Assembly: GCF_000441555.1 (NCBI RefSeq)
Contig: NC_021885.1
Coordinates: 60,001 to 92,000, forward strand
From: Candidatus Profftella armatura
Lineage (GTDB): Bacteria > Pseudomonadota > Gammaproteobacteria > Burkholderiales > Burkholderiaceae
Reading direction: 5' to 3'
Length of the DNA stretch: 32,000 nucleotides
Numbering within the stretch: the first letter of the stretch is position 1; every line of letters begins with the position of its first letter. The notes below the pieces were generated by a model. That model made no database searches. It had not been told where the DNA came from and worked only from the letters and a program-made list of their open reading frames with translations. The position numbers were made by a program, and so were the translations under genes. Shown here piece after piece: positions 9,255 to 17,974 of the stretch.

Positions 9255-11966
9255 TTATGAATTTAATAATTCACGTAATACAAATGGTAAAATACCATCA
9301 TTTTGATAATATTTAATTTCCATTGGAGTGTCGATACGTAATAATAATTTTATTTTTTTTATTTTTTTCCCATTTTTTCTATAAATAATAAAATCTATTT
9401 TTTCTAATGGTTTAATTTTTTTTGAAATTCCTTTTAAGTCAAAGTATTCATTACCTGTGATATTTAAAGATTGTATACTATCATTATTTAAAAACTGTAA
9501 TGGTAATATACCCATTCCTATTAAATTTGCGCGATGAATACGTTCAAAGGAGCGAGCAATTACCATTTTTACTCCTAATAATTTCGTGCCTTTAGCCGCC
9601 CAATCACGTGATGATCCTGTTCCATATTCTTTGCCAGCAAATATGATAGTAGAAATATTATTAGAAATATATTTCATAGCAGCATCATAAATTGACATTT
9701 TTTCACCACTAGGTTGATAATATGTAAATCCACCTTCTATTTGTGTATTATTTTTACCCAAAATTGTTATTAAATTTTTTATACGTTTATTAGAAAAAGT
9801 ACCTCGAATCATAACTTCGTGATTTCCACGACGAGACCCATAAGAATTAAATTCATCTTTTAAAACACCATTATTAATTAACCATTTTCCTGCTGGACTA
9901 GATTCCTCAATTAATCCCGCTGGAGAAATATGATCGGTAGTTATAGAATCTCCTAATATACATAATGCTCTTGCTCCTTTAATGTTTTTTGGAAAATATT
10001 CAAACTTTAATTTAAAATTATTGAAAAATGGAGGTTGAGAAATATATGTTGAAATTGGCCAATTATAAATATTATCAATTACAGTATCGCTAATATTGCT
10101 CCATAATTTTCCAGGATTATTTTTAATATTCTTATAATTAAAGTAAAATAAATTTTTATTTAATGTAAATTTTTCTAAAGAATTAATTTCCTCAGTAGAT
10201 GGCCAAATATCATTTAAATAAATTTTTTTACCATTTTTATCTATTCCTAATGGTTCTATTGTAAGATCAACTAATATATTTCCAGCAATAGCATAAGCTA
10301 TTACTAATGGAGGAGAAGCTAAAAAATTTGCATAAATACTTGGATGAATTCGTGATTCAAAATTTCGATTTCCTGATAATATAGATGATGTTATTATGTT
10401 ATTATTGATAATAATTTCTTCTATTTGAGATTTAATTTTTCCAGAATTCCCAATACAAGTAGCACAACCATAAGCAACAATATTAAAACCTAATTTTTCT
10501 AAATATAAAAGTAAACCAGAATTATTTAAATATTCAGTAACTACTCTAGATCCTGGTGTAAATGATGTTTTTATTTTTGGTGAAATTTCTAAACCAAATT
10601 TTACTGCTTTTTTGGCTAATAACCCAGCAGATAACATTAAATTAGGATTTGATGTGTTTGTGCATGAAGTAATTGCAGCAATTAATATATCTCCATTTTT
10701 AATTTTAATTCCATTTTTAGTAATATATATTTTATTTAATTCATTAATATCTTTATTAAAGCCATTTTTAAAGGTTGGTTTAATTAATAATTCAGTAAAT
10801 TTTTTTTTAACATTATTTAATTTAATAAGATCTTGGGGGCGATTTGGTCCAGATAATGATGGTGAAACATTATCGAGATTTAATGTGATAATATCTGTAT
10901 AATCTATTTCTCCTATCTTTGGGATACCAAATAATTTTTGAGATTTAAAATAACTTTCAAATGCCTTAATTTCTAAATTATTACGACCTGTATTATAAAA
11001 ATAATTAACAGTTATTTTATCTACAGGAAAAAATCCAATTGTAGCGCCATACTCTGGAGCCATATTACTAATAGTTGCTCTATCAGGTAATAATAAAGAT
11101 TTTACTCCATCCCCAAAGAATTCTACAAATTTCCCAACTACATTTTTTTTTCTCAGTAATTTAGTTATTGTAAGTACAAGATCTGTTGCTGTCACTCCTT
11201 TATTTAATTTACCTATTAAATTAACCCCTATTACATCTGGTATTAAAAAATAAATTGGTTGACCTAGCATACCAGCTTCTGCTTCAATACCCCCAACTCC
11301 CCAACCAATTACGCCTATACTATTAATCATAGTAGTATGAGAATCAGTGCCTACTATTATATCTGGATAATAAATATTATCTTTATTTAATATTCCACGA
11401 GATAAATACTCTAAATTAATTTGATGAACAATACCAAATCCAGGTGGTATTACATTAAACTTATTAAAAGCTTGCATACCCCACTTTATAAATTGATATC
11501 GCTCCTTATTTCGTTTAAATTCTAATTGCATATTTAAATCTAGAGATTTTTTTTCTCTAAAAAAATCAACTTGAATAGAATGATCAACTATTAAATCTAC
11601 AGGAACTAATGGTTCAATTTTTTTAGGATTTTTATTTATTTTTTTAGCTATACTACGCATAGCAGCTAAATCTGTTAAAAGTGGTATACCTGTAAAATCT
11701 TGCAATAAAATACGTGTAACTATTAATGGTAATTCTTTTATTCTTAAATCTTTAGGTTTCCAATTCATTAATTCATAAATATATTCTTCAGTAATTTTTT
11801 TACAATCATAATTACGTATTATTGATTCTAATATAATTCTAATCGATACAGGTAAACGAGAAATATTAATATTAAATTTTTTTTCTAAATCTGGTAATGA
11901 ATAAAATTTACCCTTTTTATTCTCAGAAATTTGAAATTCTTTTAGGATAGTTTTTTTATGAAACAT
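9255..11966 (-). CDS. acnA: aconitate hydratase A
   Basis: 903-aa ORF with aconitase family signatures (IVGTDSHTTM, Fe-S ligand motifs ITSCTNTSNP and YGCATCIGNSG, and C-terminal swivel domain GKEYGTGSSRDWAAKG). The length and N-terminus are of the AcnA/IRP type. Confidence 0.95.
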   Translation of the reverse strand: MFHKKTILKEFQISENKKGKFYSLPDLEKKFNINISRLPVSIRIILESIIRNYDCKKITEEYIYELMNWKPKDLRIKELPLIVTRILLQDFTGIPLLTDLAAMRSIAKKINKNPKKIEPLVPVDLIVDHSIQVDFFREKKSLDLNMQLEFKRNKERYQFIKWGMQAFNKFNVIPPGFGIVHQINLEYLSRGILNKDNIYYPDIIVGTDSHTTMINSIGVIGWGVGGIEAEAGMLGQPIYFLIPDVIGVNLIGKLNKGVTATDLVLTITKLLRKKNVVGKFVEFFGDGVKSLLLPDRATISNMAPEYGATIGFFPVDKITVNYFYNTGRNNLEIKAFESYFKSQKLFGIPKIGEIDYTDIITLNLDNVSPSLSGPNRPQDLIKLNNVKKKFTELLIKPTFKNGFNKDINELNKIYITKNGIKIKNGDILIAAITSCTNTSNPNLMLSAGLLAKKAVKFGLEISPKIKTSFTPGSRVVTEYLNNSGLLLYLEKLGFNIVAYGCATCIGNSGKIKSQIEEIIINNNIITSSILSGNRNFESRIHPSIYANFLASPPLVIAYAIAGNILVDLTIEPLGIDKNGKKIYLNDIWPSTEEINSLEKFTLNKNLFYFNYKNIKNNPGKLWSNISDTVIDNIYNWPISTYISQPPFFNNFKLKFEYFPKNIKGARALCILGDSITTDHISPAGLIEESSPAGKWLINNGVLKDEFNSYGSRRGNHEVMIRGTFSNKRIKNLITILGKNNTQIEGGFTYYQPSGEKMSIYDAAMKYISNNISTIIFAGKEYGTGSSRDWAAKGTKLLGVKMVIARSFERIHRANLIGMGILPLQFLNNDSIQSLNITGNEYFDLKGISKKIKPLEKIDFIIYRKNGKKIKKIKLLLRIDTPMEIKYYQNDGILPFVLRELLNS

Positions 11967-12006
11967 AATAGCTTTCTATTAACATTGATAAAATAATTTT
12001 AAAAAA

Positions 12007-12996
12007 TTAACGTATAAGATGACTAATGCTTAAAATTTCATTTTTTAATTCTTCAATAGAAAGATTAATTTTCTTTCGAGAAAATTTATCAATTTCTAAA
12101 TTTTGAATAATTTTGTATTTACTATTTTTAATTTTTACTGGAAAACCAAATATTATATCTTTGGGTACATTATAAGAACCATCTGAAGGAATTCCCATTG
12201 TAACCCAATTCTCTGTTCCAAAAATCCAATCTTTTATATGATCTATAGCTGCTGATGCAGCTGATGCAGCTGATGAAGCTCCTCTAATAGAGATAATTTC
12301 TTCTCCTCGTCTGCTAATAGCCGGTAAAAAAACATTTTTATTCCAGAAGGAATTATTGTTAATCATATCTCTAATAAGTACCCCATTAACTGTTGCATAA
12401 CGATAGTCAGGATACATAGATAAAGAATGATTACCCCAAACAAATACTTTTTTAATAGATGAGACTGGTTCATTTAGTTTGGATGCTAATTTTGCTATTG
12501 CTCTATTATGATCAAGACGTAACATGGCTGTAAAATTTTTATAGGATAAATCTGGAGCTGATTTCATTGTAATATATGTATTGGTATTGACAGGATTTCC
12601 AACAACTAAAACCTTAACATCGCGTGAAGCAACAGAATTTAATGCTTTTCCTTGTTCAATAAAAATAGAAGAATTAATAGCTAATAACTCGGAACGTTCC
12701 ATATTACTTTTTCTAGGAAAAGAACCAATTAATATAGCAATATTTGCATCTTTAAAAGCTGTTATTGGATTTTCATGCACACTAACATCTACTAATAATG
12801 GAAAAATACAATCTTCAATTTCCATGATCACACCTTTAATTGCTTTTTGTGATTTTTTATTTGATGCCTCAAGTAATTGTAAAATTATTGGCTGATCTTT
12901 ACCTAAAAGATCTCCATTAGCAATACGAAATATAATGTTATAACCAATTTGACCTGCTGCACCTGTAATAGAAATTCGTACTGGTTTTTTAAGCAT
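12007..12996 (-). CDS. mdh: malate dehydrogenase (LDH-like, 329-aa class)
   Basis: Carries the N-terminal Rossmann motif [10 protein letters not shown], the catalytic region LRLDHNRA and GNHS, and the conserved [15 protein letters not shown] motif. It is co-oriented with and 40 bp upstream of acnA on the - strand. Confidence 0.95.
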   Translation of the reverse strand: MLKKPVRISITGAAGQIGYNIIFRIANGDLLGKDQPIILQLLEASNKKSQKAIKGVIMEIEDCIFPLLVDVSVHENPITAFKDANIAILIGSFPRKSNMERSELLAINSSIFIEQGKALNSVASRDVKVLVVGNPVNTNTYITMKSAPDLSYKNFTAMLRLDHNRAIAKLASKLNEPVSSIKKVFVWGNHSLSMYPDYRYATVNGVLIRDMINNNSFWNKNVFLPAISRRGEEIISIRGASSAASAASAAIDHIKDWIFGTENWVTMGIPSDGSYNVPKDIIFGFPVKIKNSKYKIIQNLEIDKFSRKKINLSIEELKNEILSISHLIR

Positions 12997-13114
12997 ATCT
13001 AAAACTCCAAAATTGAAAATTTTTAAATATTATTAATTTTATAAAATTATTAATATAATTAATTATGTTCATATGAAATCAGTTAAAAATAAACATTTTA
13101 GAAGGATTCTAACA

Positions 13115-13528
13115 ATGAATAAAATAAATAAACTTAAAGATCAAAAAAAATATAAAAATATAAATATATTTCAAATTATTAATTATCGTTTACCACCTAG
13201 TGGAGTTGTATCAATAATGCATCGTATTAGTGGATCATTAATATTTTTTTTATTACCTTTTATTTTATATTTATTAGATCAAAGTTTAAGTTCAAAAAAT
13301 TCATATGAAATTTTTCGAAAATTTACATCTAATTTTTTTATTAAAATTTTGATTTTATCATTAATATGGTTGTATTTAAATCATTTTTTTTCTGGTATCC
13401 GTCATTTAATTATGGATTTAAATATTGGTTTAGATAAAAATATCTCAAATAAATCAGCTATTTTTATATTGATAATAAACTTATCTTTAATATTAATTAT
13501 AACACTAAAATTTTTTGGAGTAATATAA
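13115..13528 (+). CDS. sdhC: succinate dehydrogenase cytochrome b556 subunit (alternative upstream ATG at 13073)
   Basis: Multi-helix hydrophobic protein with SIMHRISG near the N-terminus and the heme-ligand motif HFFSGIRHLIMD. It is the first gene of the sdhCDAB block. ATG 13115 is preceded by AAGGA (13102-13106) and gives about 137 aa, closer to known SdhC lengths than the 151 aa from 13073. Confidence 0.85.
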   Translation: MNKINKLKDQKKYKNINIFQIINYRLPPSGVVSIMHRISGSLIFFLLPFILYLLDQSLSSKNSYEIFRKFTSNFFIKILILSLIWLYLNHFFSGIRHLIMDLNIGLDKNISNKSAIFILIINLSLILIITLKFFGVI

Positions 13529-13530
13529 TA

Positions 13531-13899
13531 ATGAATAACGATATCAATATTAAATTAAAAGATAAAGTTTTTAATGCTCATTATGGTGTACGTGATTGGT
13601 TATTTCAACGTATAACTGCGGTTATAATGATAATTTATACAATAATTCTGTTATTTTTTGTGCTAACTACTAATGATTTTAGTTACGAAAATTGGTCTAA
13701 TTTATTTAAGTATAAATGGTTTAAAATTATTAGTTTTTCTGCTTTAATTTGTTTATTTTATCATGCATGGGTTGGTATGCGTGATATATTTATGGATTAC
13801 GTAAAATCAGTTATTATTAGATTAATATTATATACTTTTAGCATTATATGGTTAATTAATTGTACTAATTGGGCAATACAGATATTATGGAGAATATAA
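13531..13899 (+). CDS. sdhD: succinate dehydrogenase hydrophobic membrane anchor subunit
   Basis: 122-aa hydrophobic protein with the motif YHAWVGMRDIFMDY (SdhD heme-ligand His context). It starts 2 nt after the sdhC stop and ends directly against the sdhA start. Confidence 0.85.
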   Translation: MNNDINIKLKDKVFNAHYGVRDWLFQRITAVIMIIYTIILLFFVLTTNDFSYENWSNLFKYKWFKIISFSALICLFYHAWVGMRDIFMDYVKSVIIRLILYTFSIIWLINCTNWAIQILWRI

Positions 13900-15675
13900 G
13901 TGATTTTTAATAAATCTATTATTGCTAATTATCGTTTCGATGTATTAATTATTGGAGCAGGTGGGTCAGGTATGCGGGCTTCACTTCAGTTAGCGCAAGA
14001 GGGTTTAAATGTTGCAATTTTATCTAAAGTTTTTCCTACTCGTTCGCATACAGTTGCTGCTCAAGGAGGGATTAGTGCTTCGTTGGGTAATATGTCAAAA
14101 GATAATTGGCATTGGCATATGTTTGATACTATTAAAGGATCTGATTATCTCGGAGATCAAGACGCTATTGAATTTATGTGCAAAGAAGCGCCAAAAGTTG
14201 TGTATGAATTAGAACATTTTGGGATGCCATTTGATCGAAATAAAAATGGTACAATTTATCAGAGGCCATTTGGTGGGCATTCATCTAATTTTGGAGAAAA
14301 ACCTATAGCTCGCGCTTGTGCTGTAGCTGATCGTACCGGTCATGCGCTTTTGCATACACTATATCAACGTAATTTACATGCTAAAACTAATTTTTTTATC
14401 GAATGGATGGCTATTGATTTAATTAGTGATTCCGAGGGTGATATTTTAGGAGTTGTTGCGTTAGAAATGGAAACTGGCAATATAATGATATTGGAATCTA
14501 AAATAACAATTTTAGCCACAGGAGGAGGAGGGCGTATTTGGGCTGCTTCTACTAATGCTTTTATAAATACTGGTGATGGACTTGGTATGGCAGCGCGAGC
14601 GGGTTTACCTTTAGAAGATATGGAATTTTGGCAATTTCATCCGACTGGAGTTGCGGGTGCTGGAGTTTTAATTACAGAGGGCGTTCGAGGTGAAGGTGGA
14701 ATTTTAATTAATTCTAATGGTGAACGTTTTATGGAGCGTTATGCCCCGATTTTAAAAGATCTCGCTCCTCGTGATTTTGTATCTCGAGCAATGGATCAAG
14801 AAATTAAAGAAGGACGTGGTTGCGGACCAAATAAAGACCATGTAATGTTAGATTTGAGACACATTAATTCTGAAACAATTATAAATCGTTTACCATCGAT
14901 TTTAGAGATTGGAAATAAATTTGCAAATGTAAATGCATTAAAAGAACCTATTCCAGTTATACCAACTATTCATTATCAAATGGGCGGTATTCCAACGAAT
15001 ATTTATGGACAAGTTATAATACCTAATAATGATAATAATAAAATTGTTAATGGTTTATATGCAATTGGTGAATGTGCTTGCGTATCCGTACATGGAGCTA
15101 ATAGACTTGGAACTAATTCATTATTAGATTTATTGGTATTTGGTCGTTCTGCTGGTAATCATATTCTTAGTTTAGAACTTAAAAAAATTCATAATAAAAA
15201 ACTTCCTATTAATTCTATTGATATTATTATTGACCGATTATCAAAATTAGAAAATAATAAAGGATCTGAAAGTGTTCAGAGTGTAGCTAATGATATTCGT
15301 AAAACTATGCAAAATTATTGCGGCGTATTTCGAACAGATAAATTAATGAAAAATGGTTATAAAAAAATTATGATTTTAGACGAACGACGTAAATATATTT
15401 CTTTTAAAGATAAATCTAAAATTTTCAATACTGCAAGAATTGAAGCGCTAGAATTAGATAATTTAATTGAAACAGCTAAAGCAACTATTTCTTCCGCTAT
15501 TTCTCGTAAAGAATCTAGAGGCGCTCACGCGCATAATGACTTTAAAAATCGAGATGATATTAATTGGTTAAAACATTCAATTTGGTATTCAAATGGAAAT
15601 AGAATTGAATTTAAACCAGTTAATTTAAAACCATTAACAGTTAAAACTGTTCATCCTAAAAAACGTACTTTTTAA
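13900..15675 (+). CDS. sdhA: succinate dehydrogenase flavoprotein subunit (GTG start)
   Basis: 591 aa with the FAD-binding motif DVLIIGAGGSGMRA, the covalent-FAD His context RSHTVAAQGG (His codon 14047-14049) and active-site regions HPTG and RGEGG. GTG 13900 directly follows the sdhD TAA (13897-13899). Confidence 0.97.
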   Translation: MIFNKSIIANYRFDVLIIGAGGSGMRASLQLAQEGLNVAILSKVFPTRSHTVAAQGGISASLGNMSKDNWHWHMFDTIKGSDYLGDQDAIEFMCKEAPKVVYELEHFGMPFDRNKNGTIYQRPFGGHSSNFGEKPIARACAVADRTGHALLHTLYQRNLHAKTNFFIEWMAIDLISDSEGDILGVVALEMETGNIMILESKITILATGGGGRIWAASTNAFINTGDGLGMAARAGLPLEDMEFWQFHPTGVAGAGVLITEGVRGEGGILINSNGERFMERYAPILKDLAPRDFVSRAMDQEIKEGRGCGPNKDHVMLDLRHINSETIINRLPSILEIGNKFANVNALKEPIPVIPTIHYQMGGIPTNIYGQVIIPNNDNNKIVNGLYAIGECACVSVHGANRLGTNSLLDLLVFGRSAGNHILSLELKKIHNKKLPINSIDIIIDRLSKLENNKGSESVQSVANDIRKTMQNYCGVFRTDKLMKNGYKKIMILDERRKYISFKDKSKIFNTARIEALELDNLIETAKATISSAISRKESRGAHAHNDFKNRDDINWLKHSIWYSNGNRIEFKPVNLKPLTVKTVHPKKRTF

Positions 15676-15685
15676 TAAAAATAAT

Positions 15686-16396
15686 ATGAAACGCATAATT
15701 AAATTTAAAATTTATCGATATAATCCAGATCATGATATAAAACCTTATATGCAAAAGTTTTTAGTTAATTTATCATCAAATGATAAAATGTTATTAGATG
15801 CGTTACATCGTATTAAATATGATATTGATGATTCATTAACATTACGTCGTTCTTGTAGAGAGGGTGTTTGCGGTTCAGATGCAATGAATATTAATGGAAA
15901 AAATGGATTAGCTTGTATTACAAACTTAAACGAATTAAAACAGCCAATTATAATACGTCCATTACCAGGATTACCTGTAATTCGTGATTTAGTTGTTGAT
16001 ATGACATTATTTTTTAAACAATTTAATTCAATTAAACCATTTCTAATTACAAATAATAATCCTCCAGAAAAAGAACGTTTGCAATCTCCTAGTCAACGTA
16101 AAATTCTTGATGGTTTATATGAGTGTATATTATGCGGGTGTTGTTCGACAGCATGTCCCTCATTTTGGTGGAACTCTGATAGATTTGTTGGGCCAGCCGG
16201 ATTATTACAGGCTTATCGTTTTATTTCTGATAGTCGTGATGAAGCTACTAATTTTCGTTTAGATAATTTAGAAGATCCATATCGTTTATTTCGTTGTCGT
16301 TCTATAATGAATTGTGTGGATACGTGCCCAAAAGGATTAAATCCAAATCGTTCTATTAATAAAATTAAAGAATTGATGATTTATAGAATTATATAA
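15686..16396 (+). CDS. sdhB: succinate dehydrogenase iron-sulfur subunit
   Basis: 236 aa with three Cys clusters: CREGVCGSDAMNING (2Fe-2S), CILCGCCSTACP (4Fe-4S) and CRSIMNCVDTCP (3Fe-4S). Confidence 0.97.
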   Translation: MKRIIKFKIYRYNPDHDIKPYMQKFLVNLSSNDKMLLDALHRIKYDIDDSLTLRRSCREGVCGSDAMNINGKNGLACITNLNELKQPIIIRPLPGLPVIRDLVVDMTLFFKQFNSIKPFLITNNNPPEKERLQSPSQRKILDGLYECILCGCCSTACPSFWWNSDRFVGPAGLLQAYRFISDSRDEATNFRLDNLEDPYRLFRCRSIMNCVDTCPKGLNPNRSINKIKELMIYRII

Positions 16397-16536
16397 CAAT
16401 AAATAATCATTAGTATAAAATAATTAAAAAAATTAAATTAATAACAATTTAAATTTTATAATTATTTTAAAAATAAATATCTTTATATGGTTTTTATTAA
16501 TAATTATATATATTTTATTTATTTAAAAAGGAAAAT

Positions 16537-17829
16537 ATGCCTATTTCTGATAGTAAAGTTACTTTATCGTTTTCAGATGGCACTCCATCATTAAAATTTC
16601 CAATTTATAAAGGAACTATTGGTCCTGATGTAATTGATATACAAAATTTTTACAAAATATCTGGAAAATTTACTTATGACCCAGGTTTTATGTCAACTGC
16701 GTCATGTAATTCTGCAATTACATATATTGATGGTAATATTGGTGAATTATTATATAGAGGATATCCAATTGAGCAGCTTGCAACTAAATGCAATTTTATG
16801 GAAATTTGTTATTTATTGTTATATGGTGAATTACCAAATAAGATGCAAAACGATAAATTTATACAAGCTATAGCAGAACATACTATGGTTGATAAAAAAA
16901 TATTTGCATTTTTGAATGGTTTTTCTCGAAATGCTCATCCAATGGCTATATTAACTAGTTTAGTTAGCGCGTTACCCACTTTTTATGAAGATTCTTTATA
17001 TATTCATGATCCTTATTATCGTGAAATATCTGCAATTAGAATCATTGCTAAATTACCAACTTTAATAGCTATGATTTATAAATTTAATTTAGGTCAACCA
17101 TTTATTTATCCTTCTAATAATCTAAAATATTGTGATAATTTTATATATATGATGTTTTCAAATTTACATAAAAAATACAAAACTAATAAAATTATCACAA
17201 AAGCACTAGATAGAATTTTAATTCTACATGCTGATCACGAACAAAATGCGTCTACATCTACTGTTCGACTTGTTGGTTCTTCTGGTGCTAATCCATTTTC
17301 TTGTATTGCTGCTGGAATTGCTTGTCTTTGGGGACCTTTACATGGGGGGGCAAATGAAGCCGTACTAAATATGCTTAAAAAAATTGATAAAACTGAAAAT
17401 ATTTCTAAATTTATAAAAAAAATTAAAAATAAATCATCTAATATAAAATTAATGGGATTTGGTCATAGAATTTATAAAAATTATGATCCTAGAGCTAAAA
17501 TTATACGTAATATTTGTTATAAAGTCCTTAACGAACTTGATTTATTAAATAAATCATTATTTAAATTGGCTACAAAATTGGAAAAAATAGCATTAGAAGA
17601 TGATTATTTTGTATCTCGTAAATTATATCCAAATGTTGATTTTTATTCCGGAATCATACAGCAGGCACTTGGAATTCCAGTATCTATGTTTACTTGTATT
17701 TTTGCTATGGCACGTTCCGCAGGTTGGGTTGCGCAATGGAATGAAATGATATCTGATCCAAATAAAAAAATTGGTCGTCCTAGACAATTATTTGTTGGAT
17801 CTAAAAAAAGAAGTATAAACTGTAAATAA
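16537..17829 (+). CDS. gltA: citrate synthase (type II)
   Basis: 430 aa with catalytic motifs LHADHEQNAS and GFGHRIYKNYDPR, and a typical hexameric-type N-terminus. An AAGGAAA SD lies upstream. Confidence 0.97.
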   Translation: MPISDSKVTLSFSDGTPSLKFPIYKGTIGPDVIDIQNFYKISGKFTYDPGFMSTASCNSAITYIDGNIGELLYRGYPIEQLATKCNFMEICYLLLYGELPNKMQNDKFIQAIAEHTMVDKKIFAFLNGFSRNAHPMAILTSLVSALPTFYEDSLYIHDPYYREISAIRIIAKLPTLIAMIYKFNLGQPFIYPSNNLKYCDNFIYMMFSNLHKKYKTNKIITKALDRILILHADHEQNASTSTVRLVGSSGANPFSCIAAGIACLWGPLHGGANEAVLNMLKKIDKTENISKFIKKIKNKSSNIKLMGFGHRIYKNYDPRAKIIRNICYKVLNELDLLNKSLFKLATKLEKIALEDDYFVSRKLYPNVDFYSGIIQQALGIPVSMFTCIFAMARSAGWVAQWNEMISDPNKKIGRPRQLFVGSKKRSINCK

Positions 17830-17844
17830 AAATTTTTAATTATG

Positions 17845-17893
17845 TACCAGTAAATACTGGGTATACCCAGTAAATACTGGGTAGTTTACTGGG
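17845..17893. repeat. tandem 19/20-nt palindromic repeat built from five TACTGGG/CCCAGTA heptamers
   Basis: Copy 1 is TACCAGTAAATACTGGGTA (17845-17863). Copy 2 is TACCCAGTAAATACTGGGTA (17864-17883) and abuts copy 1. A partial third unit is GTTTACTGGG (17884-17893). TACTGGG occurs at 17855, 17875 and 17887. Its complement CCCAGTA occurs at 17866, with ACCAGTA at 17846. This is the only G+C-containing noncoding motif in the window. Confidence 0.9.
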
Positions 17894-17902
17894 TCAATTT
17901 TT
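17864..17902 (+). terminator. candidate intrinsic terminator / RNA structure downstream of gltA
   Basis: Two alternative stems are possible. One is TACCCAGT/ACTGGGTA (17864-17883, about 8 bp with a 4-nt loop). The other is CCCAGTAAA (17866-17874) paired with TTTACTGGG (17885-17893) across a 10-nt loop, followed by TCAATTTTT (T-run 17898-17902). The T-run is short and offset by 4 nt, so terminator function is uncertain. Confidence 0.35.
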
Positions 17903-17974
17903 AGAAATTATTTTTTATAAAAAAAATTACATAACTTAATTCATCTCGTAAAAATATAAAATAGGTAAGTAAAA

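Noticed and set aside
12251-12277. Three tandem copies of a 9-nt unit (GCTGATGCA x2, then GCTGATGAA) inside mdh, resembling a microsatellite expansion.
   Set aside because: On the coding (-) strand it encodes [10 protein letters not shown] within [17 protein letters not shown]. This corresponds in length and position to the conserved RGxSSAASAAxAAIDH motif of LDH-like malate dehydrogenases. It is a conserved peptide with repetitive codon choice, not an insertion.
13073-13114. Upstream ATG for sdhC giving a 151-aa product.
   Set aside because: It is not excluded. However, ATG 13115 has an AAGGA 8 nt upstream and places the conserved HRxSG motif at a distance from the N-terminus closer to known SdhC proteins. 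I kept 13073 as an alternative start only.
17855-17872. TACTGGGTATACCCAGTA resembles a LexA SOS box (TACTG...CAGTA).
   Set aside because: The proteobacterial SOS box is CTGT-N8-ACAG (CTG-N10-CAG, 20 bp in total). Here the spacing is CTG-N8-CAG (18 bp) and the T/A flanks of the core are G/C. The spacing mismatch makes LexA binding unlikely, and sucA is not a plausible SOS gene.
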